NCBI GenBank assembly: GCA_020137815.1
Contig: CM035355.1
Coordinates: forward strand, 1,364,001-1,428,000
Direction: 5' to 3'
From: Hormiphora californensis
Lineage: Eukaryota; Animalia; Ctenophora
DNA: 64,000 nt
This document shows positions 25,301-35,300 of this stretch, piece after piece (position 1 is the stretch's first letter; the number at the start of each line of letters is the position of its first letter). The translations under genes and the position numbers were made by a program. The notes beneath the pieces are model-generated. The model made no database searches. It saw only the letters and a program-made list of their open reading frames with translations, and was not told where the DNA came from.

Positions 25301-25640
25301 AGTTTGGGTTGTTTAACAAAACAGCCTCGATGAAAGGGAGTTTCCACCGAGTGTTCCCCCCTGCAGCCGGTGAAATACTTCTCCCATTTAGTAGGATAAT
25401 CTTTGAGAGGGCAGTATTTGGGTCGGGAGTTGACGATGTACTCCTTGAGTGAGGGTACCTGTAGGTAGGGTGTACTGCACCGGCGGGTGTGCTTGTAAGT
25501 GGTGGGCCAGCTGGTTGTGCAGCATTGATTCGCTGTGGGTGGGGCCAAGCTGGGAGAGAATTTCTTCCATTCTGTCCGCTTGCCTCAGTGACTCTTCTCT
25601 TGCATTCCTGACCTCCTTCAAGACAATGCTCAGAAAACCC
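22398..25640 (-). CDS. LINE ORF2: APE endonuclease + reverse transcriptase (frame open to at least 25640, no AUG before the endonuclease)
   Basis: IILLNGRSI, AITESWL, VYRPP, GDLN, SDH; NYRPVSLT, QHGFR, YLDYSKAFD, GVPQGTVLGP, FADD. Confidence 0.95.
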   Translation of the reverse strand, partial: GFSEHCLEGGQECKRRVTEASGQNGRNSLPAWPHPQRINAAQPAGPPLTSTPAGAVHPTYRYPHSRSTSSTPDPNTALSKIILLNGRSISPAAGGNTRWKLPFIEAVLLNNPNSPPTVALAITESWLKNYIADAQIKMQGYSTFRSDRPDRKGGGCVLYIREDIPISYAYSFSDRECSLVLAFSKAKNMLFSCVYRPPDSSDQSFITVMNDLQDKIDLLSNERSPEMFIMGDLNLPLFNWKEESLPSAAANIAAYQRTVNFIEENFLTQVVDKPTRGSNTLDVIMTNSPQYVSTVTTEETKISDHRIVNCTLVINPLMETADTIKKWDHTSFRGLDIQKANFEDMNVDIASVDWDELQALCEESGDPVGDKFKELFILTVLQITIKHTPQKVQRRKFSPLEPLKRRRRKLKTRLEAISSVNVNISKIEALENELTILEEKIKHSVDESIEKKEHSAVDTIKVNPRYFFSYAKRLSKVKSNIAPLKRDDGTLTTDNTEKAELLQKQYCRAFSDPDGGDLLKSLSWVEDSSAILEDFTFTSDDIKGALSELDPASAGPDGDIPAKILSACKATLAVPLFLLWERSFEEGITPPNLKKQYITPIFKRGDKTLAVNYRPVSLTSNLLKTFERVVRNKLVDHLESNNLLPDSQHGFRKQRSCLTQLLDHMDGIFRELNSGNEVDVIYLDYSKAFDRVNHAILLAKLEKLGIKGKVLNWIKDFLSGRYQTVTVDGEKSNFELVKSGVPQGTVLGPILFIIYVADLQSQVIHSKIRTFADDTKLQKSVDSEESGAEMQEDLQRVVEWSAANCMTLHEDKFEVIHYTLNRTSLLRELPFTHDLSSYETPGGNEIQPTDTVKDLGITLSNNGSWTDHVMRISSEARRMAAWALRAFKDRSVTTMLTLYKSLIRCKVEYCSPLWSPYKIGDIQALESIQRQFTRRIEDMAQLDYWERLKKLRLMSLQRRRERYSIIQMWKIHNGAAPNSTNTRFYHHQRLGIRAEVPTLYSGAQKSFSTKYFHSFTVRAARLWNTLPKEVNTAVTLDTFKILLGRWLDHFPDNPPVKGYSTRNNNSIMDWVLEVRAKGGC

Positions 25641-26782
25641 GATTGTAGATGTCCAGGGTTTTGCTGCGAAACTGGTCGCAATGGTGAGCCGCTAAGAGGG
25701 AGTTCATCCTGCACTCTCTCTCTCTGGTCAGTGGTGTGAGTGTTAGGTTGCCGTGTTGTCCTAACAACTTCCTGACGTTCTTTCCTCTCAGGGTTTTCCT
25801 CTTTCCTTCGTGTACCCTTTAGGTGGAGATGCGGGCAATCAGGGTTTAAGCACTGTCGTTCCTTCATTCTCCGCTGTGAGCCCTCACATAGTTTTGGGTG
25901 GAGTTTAGAGCACTTTGAACCCGACTTACAGCCATGGCGGGAATGAGATCCGTACAGTCTAAATTTCCTGCAAACTTTACGGTGGAGAAAACGGCAGGTT
26001 TCCCCATTCACTTCCTTTTTACCGGATATCCCGTGTCTGCAGTAGCCTTCTGCCAGGAATGCACAAGGGACCTTAGATGATTCCCTGGTTGAGCCCTCGC
26101 CAGATACAGCTTCTTCAGTAACGTCTGGGGTGATAATTTCAACTGGCACTACCACGGGATCATCTTTCCCCGGGATAACAGGTATCCTCGACATTAGATC
26201 GAGACTACCCTTCTCGGTACAGGAGTGGCAGGTCCAGTTAAATCCCGTCAGTGGCTGAGTGATGGTGTACAGGGTGGAGAAGATTTTGGCCACTCCTTCA
26301 CAGTCGTGGCTTCCCTGAAAACACATCCAACAGGTGAAAACGGGTACAGTGTCCTTTTCGACACAGTAATATTCCGAGCAGACCCCACACTTACTCGGTG
26401 TATATGATCTGGCTTTCAGAAGACAGCGGTGGATTAAGAGGGGGATGTTTCTGTAGCCCTTCTCATTTTCTGTTTGCCGAATGTCCAGAGATAGGTAGGT
26501 CGCAAGTTCTTCAATGTACGGTGCACCAAACTTAGACTTGATCTTGATGATACTTTCGCTCAACAGGGCGTCCACCTTGCATTCCAATTTGTTGTAGAAC
26601 TCAAGGACCGCTTTGGCGCGGGGAGGTGCTTCCGCCAACAGGAATTCAGGTATCACGGTCTTCACAGGCTCCTTTTTCGACTTCTTGTCAGCCGACTTTT
26701 CAGTTTGCACTACTGCTGCAGACATTGTTGTTATCAGCTTCCTCAGAGTAGGGTCATACGACTGAAACAAGAGTAGGGTCAT
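25388..26782 (-). CDS. LINE ORF1 with PHD-like finger and CCCH zinc fingers
   Basis: CGVC..CWMC.QGSHDC..WTCHSC; CAFLAEGYCRHG, CRFLH, CSKLHPKLC, CPHLH. Confidence 0.88.
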   Translation of the reverse strand: MTLLLFQSYDPTLRKLITTMSAAVVQTEKSADKKSKKEPVKTVIPEFLLAEAPPRAKAVLEFYNKLECKVDALLSESIIKIKSKFGAPYIEELATYLSLDIRQTENEKGYRNIPLLIHRCLLKARSYTPSKCGVCSEYYCVEKDTVPVFTCWMCFQGSHDCEGVAKIFSTLYTITQPLTGFNWTCHSCTEKGSLDLMSRIPVIPGKDDPVVVPVEIITPDVTEEAVSGEGSTRESSKVPCAFLAEGYCRHGISGKKEVNGETCRFLHRKVCRKFRLYGSHSRHGCKSGSKCSKLHPKLCEGSQRRMKERQCLNPDCPHLHLKGTRRKEENPERKERQEVVRTTRQPNTHTTDQRERVQDELPLSGSPLRPVSQQNPGHLQSGFLSIVLKEVRNAREESLRQADRMEEILSQLGPTHSESMLHNQLAHHLQAHPPVQYTLPTGTLTQGVHRQLPTQILPSQRLSY

Positions 26783-27263
26783 ACGACTGAAACAGGGTTT
26801 GGGTCACAGGAGCCGTTCTGAGCTGTGATTGGTGGGCGTGACCTGAATGTGCATGACATGAAAATTTCCGAGGCCCCTCATGAGGGTGACCAGTTTAAAA
26901 AACTAAAAAAACGAAAAAGATGACAATAAATTACAAAAAGGACTTAAAAAAGTTTCAACAGACTTACAATTTTATTTCGCCGGACAAATAAAAAATGTTG
27001 TGCGGGCGGGCGCGGCGGCAAACTTCTTAGCTATGCGCGGCTCCGTTGCGCGGCTTATTTTATTTTATTTGCGCGTTACCAAATTTTCCGAGTTGACCCA
27101 CGCGGTGAAAGTCGCGTTGGATGAACGACGCAGGAGCTGATGCCGGTTCGACGTGTCAGACAACATTCGGCTTGAACTCTCCACTTTCCAGTGACGCCGT
27201 ACCCCTTACGTTACCCTTTTGGCACTTCACTATTTAGTATAGCATGCACCCCTGATACACGCT

Positions 27264-27887
27264 ATGTGGTTTGTTGTTTTTCTACTGAGCGGGATCTCCG
27301 CTATTGAGATGACTTTTGAACTCCAAGAGCACGAGGTCCAGTGCTTCCACGAGATTATCCCAAAGGACAAGAAGTTTACCTTGGAGTACCAAGTTATATC
27401 TGGGGGCCACTTTGATGTTGACTGTCACCTCATGTCACCTAACAGTAAGGTGATCTACAAGGAACAGAGGAAGCAGTATGACACATTCCATCACTCTACG
27501 GTAGAGGAGGGAGAATACACGTTCTGTTTCAGTAACGAGTTCTCTACTTTCGCTCACAAAACTGTCTACTTTGATTTGGACTTGGAGGAAGATAGTAAAG
27601 ATGCTCCCGGAGCTGACGCGGGTGGTGCTCACGCTACTGCTCTAACTCAACTCGAGTCCTCTGCGTATGCCATCCATGAATCTCTCAGGCTGGTGGTTGA
27701 TTATCAGAGCCACCACCGATTAAAGGAGAGGGTTGGACGTGAGGTTGCTGAATATCTGTGTGAGCGAGTCCAGAATTGGTCTATTGGACAGACTGTATTG
27801 ATTGTCATTGTCGCATTTGGCCAGGTTTTCATGTTAAGGAAACTCTTTGACAAGCCTGCAAACCGAGGTGGAAAGGTTGGAATCTAA
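27264..27887 (+). CDS. TMED7: p24/emp24/gp25L cargo receptor, gamma subfamily (TMED3/7-like), intronless CDS
   Basis: Signal peptide; MTFELQEHEVQCFHE, EYQVISGGHFDVD, FCFSNEFSTFAHKTVYFD (GOLD domain); TM ending GQVFMLRKLF. Confidence 0.9.
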   Translation: MWFVVFLLSGISAIEMTFELQEHEVQCFHEIIPKDKKFTLEYQVISGGHFDVDCHLMSPNSKVIYKEQRKQYDTFHHSTVEEGEYTFCFSNEFSTFAHKTVYFDLDLEEDSKDAPGADAGGAHATALTQLESSAYAIHESLRLVVDYQSHHRLKERVGREVAEYLCERVQNWSIGQTVLIVIVAFGQVFMLRKLFDKPANRGGKVGI

Positions 27888-28131
27888 TTACTGCTCGAGT
27901 GTGCATGTGTGCTAGTTATGTTACCAAAGTTCTTTAATTTTTTAACCTGTTACTTATTTGTGTTAGTCTATAATGAAATATGTTTTTCTATACACCAACT
28001 CTCTCTCTCTGTCTTCTCTCTATGTCACCCCACCACTTTAGGAATTAGTAACACCAAACTAAACACCTCTAAACACCCCTAAATACACTCTAAACACAAA
28101 CTAAACTCCCCTACTTTTCTATAGAGCCAGG

Positions 28132-28891
28132 ATGAAATTGTTCCTGTTGGCCGCCCTTGTGGCCTCCCTCGCCTTTGCCGCTGAGATTACTGAGGAGGAG
28201 AATGTTATGGTACTGACTGAGGCTAACTTCGATGAGGCTTTGGGAGCCAACAAGAATGTCCTGGTTGAGTTCTGTAAGTACAGAGGCGGTAGTTGGAGGG
28301 GGGGGGTCATGTTGGTAGTGGGATGTCCTGGTTTAGTTGAGTTCTGTAAGTGATGAGTTCAGAAAGGGGAGGGTGGTCGGTATACCAGGGGGTTGAGATA
28401 CCAGGGGGGGGGGGGGTCATATTGAAAGTGGGATGTAACGAATCTGATCAATCTCTAGATCACACATTTGCTTTTAGCACGCAGAAATTATTTCTCCCAT
28501 ACCCATTTCAACTTCTCTCAATACCACTTTACTTGGTCCTGACCCATTTTAACTCCCTTTCTCCCTCTTCAGACGCCCCGTGGTGTGGACACTGCAAATC
28601 TCTTGCCCCTGAGTACGCTAAGGCTGCCACTGCCCTCAAGGATGAGGGATCTGAGATCAGGCTGGCTAAGGTAGGTGTGACATACTGATAACAGATCACT
28701 GACACATGATACATTGTAACGTCAGTTACATCTTCACAAAACCACTGACTTCATGAAACCCATTGAACATTCCCTGAATTTCCAGCTCCATTAAAACTTG
28801 GCTTTCTTTTCCGCATCTTCATGGAAGTTGTGTCCCGTACAGTGACACGTGTCGAAGAAGTGGGGTGTTAGACAATGGAAGTAGTAGTGGT

Positions 28892-28986
<95 letters not shown>

Positions 28987-29311
28987 GCCACGCACAATTT
29001 CCTGTCCTCCGTAGGGTAATAATAAACAAAGGAGCACTATCGACCCCACATACAATACCAACAGACTGACTGACTGACATGACTGACACTCTAAAGTTTA
29101 CTGAACAAAACATAATACAATAGTTACCATGGTAATTATGGTAACTATGGTAACTATGGTAACCGCCTGGTTACTACCATCTAGTAACAAATTCCTTTGT
29201 AGGTCGATGCTACTGAGCACAAGAAACTTGGTGAACGATTTGGTGTCCGAGGATACCCAACTCTCAAATTCTTTGTTGACGGAAAGGAGAAGGAATACAA
29301 CGGTCAGTCAA

Positions 29312-29344
<33 letters not shown>

Positions 29345-32300
29345 ATGTCTGGGAGGTGGTTAGGTCTGTCTTTTGGGAGTGAGTTATTCGGGTTGTTTCA
29401 AGTGGGGGGGGGGGGTAGTAGGTTTTTAGGGAAGCTTCTCGGTTTTCTTCTTTTAGTAACATGGGTGTATTTTAGTAGTAACTTATTTGGGGGTGGTTGC
29501 GTTTCCTGGTACGTATTGTGGTGCGATAGAGAGAGGGGGAGAAAAGGAAGAGCAAACTACCAAGTTGCAGTGACGTGTCAATCCCAGTAGGAAACTTCCA
29601 AGAATCGGCTGGTATCCTGAATTTCTAGAAAATTTGGCTGGTTTTTTTTCTTCTTTTTGGTTGGTTTTGAAAAGGTCTTGCGGAGCCCCAAAGTTTAGGG
29701 TAACAAGAATTATTGCATTATGTATTCATAATGCGAGGTTTTCTGCCACAATTGGGTGAAAAATTGATGAATACACTTCAAAATTGGATTTCCTGGTGAA
29801 TTTGGTGCCCAAAGAGCATGTTTGACTGATTTCTATGGTATCCAGTGTGGTTGTTATGGTAACCAATACATTTGGTATCATTTGGTATTGGTGCTAAAAA
29901 CATCCTTCGGGCATGAATTCACCAAGGCAGGGGAAAAATGTGTTAAATCATCATTATGTGTTAAATAATCATTATGTGTGTGTGTGTGAGAGAGAGAAAT
30001 AAAGTAGAGAGAAAAAGGGAGAGAAGATTATGTCATAAGAAAAATTAATTTCCAAAACTTTTTTTGAAAAAATGTCAGTAGGTCAGATTTTAACCCAGGG
30101 CTCGAACCCGCGACCCCGAGATTAAGAGTCTCGTGCTCTACCAACTGAGCTAACCGAGCACTGTTAAATTGGCAATTCAGGGAATCCTATTTGGAGCGCG
30201 CGGACCAGCCGTGCGGGATCAAGATCTACCAGCCGCCGGCTGGTATCCTAGTATCAAATTTGTGATCGAGATCACAAAAGTTTCCTCCGGATCATGATCT
30301 GAGCGCGCGGAAAACGGCTTGTCAAGCGATACACTGACAATGTGCACTTTGCACAGTACCAAATCATGGCGCCCGACAAGTTTTAAAATTTTGTCAACAC
30401 AATCACCCTGGATCATAAATATGACCCATATTTGGGCATGGCAAGTTTCAAATTATTCTCAAATCATTTCTCCGAGTTCCGACCAAATTTTGGCTGGTAT
30501 CCCGGATCACAGGATGATGGAAGTTTCCTACTGGGGTGTCAATTTGGGTGGAGGAGTAAAATAAAGAAAGGGTTCAATTTATCTCTGGATATATCTTCAT
30601 TGTAGGGTGTCATGTACAGCTCTGCAATATTGGCTAATGAGGTGGCATTGTCTTTGCCACGTGGAGACAGGGTATAAATTTGGTGACACGTAGTGTGGTG
30701 GAATATTACATTGTGCCACGTCCATCTGGGGGTGTTTAACATTAGGGTGGACACGTAGTATAACGGGAGTATAACACCCCCCCCCCCCCTCCCCGGCCAG
30801 ACTGGCCATCTGTGAGGTGTAGGGGCTGTAATCTGTATATACTGACACGTATCACATTGAATCGTCCGTTGGGTGTACTATTTCACAGAGAGAGAGAGGG
30901 AGAGTGGGGAGGATGGAAAGAGAGGGGGGAATAAGACAGAGAGGGAGGGAAACAAGACACAGAGGGAGGGAAGTTTTAAATTTTACAACTTGACACCAGC
31001 TGTGCACACACCTTTAGTGGTGGTGGTCTGCAGCGGTGGCCGAGATAGAAACAAAGTCCCAACAAAGTTTAGGTAGCTAAGTAAGATCTACATCTGGTAT
31101 AATACTGCAGCAGATTATAGTCTGATTAAAGGTGTAAAAGGATGTGGACTGCAAACGCCTAGAAGCAGGAAGTTAGGGGTACTGACAGAAGATCTCTAAC
31201 AGTGTTATTTAGAGTACTCCCCCTCCCCCTCTTCTGCTTGAAGTACTGAAGTAAACCATCTGTGAAATCATTCTATAAAACTAAGTGGCTCTAGAATTGA
31301 GTTATACATCTGGTGGTTATATAACACAATAGACGGATGTGTGACAGATGGTAATGGGACAGTGACAAAGGAGCATTCTTTCTGAAACATCAACTACTTC
31401 TTCAATTCACTAACAAACTCATTAAACAACCACAAACACAACATTAACTTCTTGATCAAGATACAACACTCCCTCATTAGCCCGCATATCTCACCCACAT
31501 TTCTCACACTCGACTGACAATGACTGTATAGGTTGACATATCTACCGAAGCACCGCTAATGGACCGATATGGTGTTACCGACTTCCCCACTATAGTACTG
31601 TTTGAGGCAGGTCGATACGAAGTCGTCTATCCCTGCTAATGGTAGTTACAAAGGGAGAGGGGATTACAAAGGAAGAGGGGGGCTACAACTAGGGTTACAA
31701 AGGATTACATTAGGGTTACATTACAAGAGGAGGGTGTTGTCTTGTGGGGGACACCAGCGAGTTGCAACAATCTGTGGGGGTGTGTTTTTGGAAGAGATCG
31801 GTATCTAGAGTTGATTGGTTGTCAGTAACTAACAGTAGTCCCACTCCTAACACCTCTCCCTCATCAGGTGGCCGAAAGAGCCCCGACATTGTGAGCTGGT
31901 TGAAGAAGAAGACTGGTGATGCCTGCAAGGTTGTTACCTCAAAGGATGCTGTCGATACCGAGGTTGAAACCAGCCACTTCACCGTCCTCGCTGCCTTCTC
32001 TGTAAGTGTTTCGAATAGTTTGAACCAGAATTATCAAGTCTTGATAATCAAGAATTAAACAAAGTTAATTACCCTCAAGTTATTATATTAGCTTCATCGT
32101 GACTAACTAATAGGTGTGAGTGTATACAACAATATGTTCCTGCATAAATGCAGTATTCACTGCATAAATATGTTTTATTTCTAGCTAGCTCTGTATCTTT
32201 ACACCACCCTTCCTGGCGGCATGCCCTGTTCAACACCCCCTAACTCCCTGTTCGGCAAACACCCTCCCAAATAACTCCCCATACAGGATATGTTCCCCTA

Positions 32301-35300
32301 ACTCCCCTCTCTATAACTCACTAGCTAACTCCCCATCTCTCTGCACAGGACAGGAGCTCTGCTGCCGGTGCTGCCTACACCCAGGTCCCCCACTAACTCC
32401 CTCTGTTATAACACCCTCCCTCTCCACAACTCCTTAACTCCCCATCTCTCTCCCATCCTAACTCCCTCTCTCCCATTGTAGGACAGGAGCTCTGCTGCCG
32501 GTGCTGCCTACACCCAGGTCCCCCACTAACTCCCTCTGTTATAACACCCTCCCTCTCCCTAACTCCCCATCTCTCTCCCATCCTAGCTCCCTCTCTCTCC
32601 CATTGTAGGACAGGAGCTCTGCTGCCGGTGCTGCCTACACCCAGGTCGCCTCTGATACCGATGGAGTTGTCTTCATGGTCACTGATGATGCTGCTCTCAT
32701 GGCTGAGTTTGGTCTTGCTGATGGTGGTGTTGTTGCCGTCCGAGATGTGAGTATATTAGTTTAGTAGTTTAGTAAATATATTAGGGTGATCCATATTGAT
32801 TTGCACTTGTGTTTTTGAAAGCTTTGTGCTAATCAGAGCCATATAATTTTTACAGGACCTTGTTCCTGGTGGAAATTGGGTCTCATAACGCCCTTTTTAG
32901 CGATCTGGAAAAATTTTTCGCTAGTGCTGTAAAGAATTTTATGGTAATAGGTCATGGTGCCGTCTCACTTACCCAAAAAGTGGTCAAAATGCAACCATTA
33001 AGGTAAGCAAACGAACTTTTTTGGACGTGAAGTAGTCCATTGTATCAGTTTTCACTCCAAACAACCGGTTTTTGGCAGAAAAAGTATCAGAATTGCAGTT
33101 GAGGACAATAAATCGCAACAATAATGACACAAAAATCCATAAAAAATCGCCCGTTTTTGGGTGATTTTTTAAAACTCCAATTTTAGGCCGCCCAAGCCGT
33201 TCAAAACCATCAAATCACTTTAGGATCGTGTTAAGCAGAGTCTAAGCCTCAATTTGAGCCTAAAATCACGACAAAATACCCATCTGGTTCATGGTGACAG
33301 CCTTTCAAAGTGAAAAAATGGGTTTTTGACCGAATTCTAAAAATAGCTCCCAAAATCGAGTGCGAAAACCGATTGGACATAATTTTTACTAAAATGTCTT
33401 CAAAAGAGGTCATTCTTCACCTGCAAAGAGCCTTAGGCCTACCTAAATCATTTTACGGCTTGCATAAGGCTAATACCAAGACCTGATTTTTGGCACGTAG
33501 ACCGCAACATAACTGGGGGTTAGACATGGTCGCTTACCCGTCCAGTGAAACCCGTTCTGAACTTCATGTATGATCTTAGGAACCCAAAATTGTCTAATCT
33601 AAAAGATCCTGTAAAAAGTTTTGGTCCCCAACATCACATGCGACCAGGAAGGACCAAGTGCAAATCTTTATGGATCACCCTAATAGTAGTAGTTTAGAAG
33701 TAGTTTAGAAGTAGCACCACCGTCCCCCTTCTATTACCTCAACATGCATCATTATCTTTTGGTCTAGATAAGTGAGGGTGTGTTGATCAAATGAGACTTG
33801 AGCCCCACTTGAGAAGAAATTAAGTGTCTTTGAAGGAAATTAGTTACATTTCATTTCATTCTCTCCCGAATACATTTTGAGTAATGGCTTTGACAAAGTG
33901 GATAGAATAGGAGAGGAGTGCTAGTCGATCAATCATTTTAAAATGATAAATTCTATAAAAATCTATTACATGTGTCATGTGAGTGATGAATGAATTGTAG
34001 TGTAAAGTTAGGCAGCATTTACATCTGTACCCAACACTTCATGTAGGGAATGGCTAGTGCAGTGGTTCCCCAAACTAACCCCACCCTCCCCCAAACGAAT
34101 CCCATCTCTCTCCAACCCCCAAACTAACCCCCTCCACCAACCCAAAACTAACTCCCTCTCCCCCCAGTTCGCTGACGAGGAGGCTCGAGTTGCTATGGAG
34201 GGAGATGTCACTGCTGAGTCCCTTGCTACCTTCGTGTCCGCCAACCGACTTCCCTCCGTTGTTGAGTTCTCTGATGAGGTAAGAAACCATCAGAATTATA
34301 GTTCAAAGTGGCAGAAGGGTGAACCATGTTATTTTGAAATCCCCCAAAATGTTACCACACAATCCCCCCACTAACCCCTCCTCCTACTTCAGACCGCCCC
34401 CACGATCTTCGGTGGAGACATCAAATCCCACTTCCTCATCTTCTCTGACTCTTCCTCTGAGACCAACAAGGCCGTTCTGGCTACATTCCGAAAAGTCAGC
34501 AAGGGTATTGCTGGAAAGATGATCTGCGTTTATGTCGACACCAACAAGGCCGACAATGGAAGGATCTTGGAATTCTTCGGAATCAAGAAAGAAATGGGAG
34601 ATGTTGCCCGAATCATCCTTGTAAGTGGTTTGAGAGGGCGATTTTAGGGCCCGGTTGGGGTTGAGTGACTGAGGGAAGTAATACCGGTGGGTTTTGGTAC
34701 AGAGTGGGCCAAAATTGTAAACTCACCCACAGACTAGCGTGAACGCGGACACCGTGAATGAAATTGCAGTTTGTCAGCATTTGCTCTGCGCGCGCGTCCT
34801 ACGTGTCTCAGTCGGTCACAGCAAGGAAAGCCAGTTGTGTCCCCAGCAACCCCAAATGTAATTCCACGTGGCCTTGTCGTTAGGGGAGAGCAACAGCAGG
34901 GGTAATGAAGCCCCGAGCTGCTCCACACCGCTCCCTCGTAATGGTACAGGTCCTCTTAATATGGGTCTGGATAAGGGGATTGGTTAGATAGCAGCAATTA
35001 CACAGCTTCTAGCGAGTCATGTATGTTAGATCTCAACTAAACCTCCTTAATTACCTCAGCTGGGAGAGGGAGTCGACAAGTACGCCCCTGACTTCACCGA
35101 CCTGAGCGAGGAGAATCTGGCCAAATTTGCCAGCGACTATCTGTCTGGAAACCTGAAGAAACATCTGAACTCTGAGGAGATTCCTGATGATTGGGATTCC
35201 AAGCCCGTCAAGGTTCTGGTTGGAAAGAACTTCGCAGAGGTCGCCTATAACTCTGAGAAAGATGTCCTTGTTGAGTTCTACGCTCCCTGGTGTGGACACT

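Larger units (their letters stand above)
22339..26810 (-). mobile_element. Full-length CR1/L2-group non-LTR retrotransposon
   Basis: ORF1 plus uninterrupted ORF2; 3' tandem tail (CTTGATAAATAAA)2; 25-bp tandem repeats in the 5' region. Confidence 0.95.
29583..30535. mobile_element. TIR element with 8-bp TSD in PDI intron 3
   Basis: 18-bp TIR CCCAGTAGGAAACTTCCA; TSD GTGTCAAT (29575-29582, 30536-30543). Confidence 0.85.

Noticed and set aside
30093-30159. Functional tRNA-Lys gene
   Set aside because: The acceptor stem cannot form
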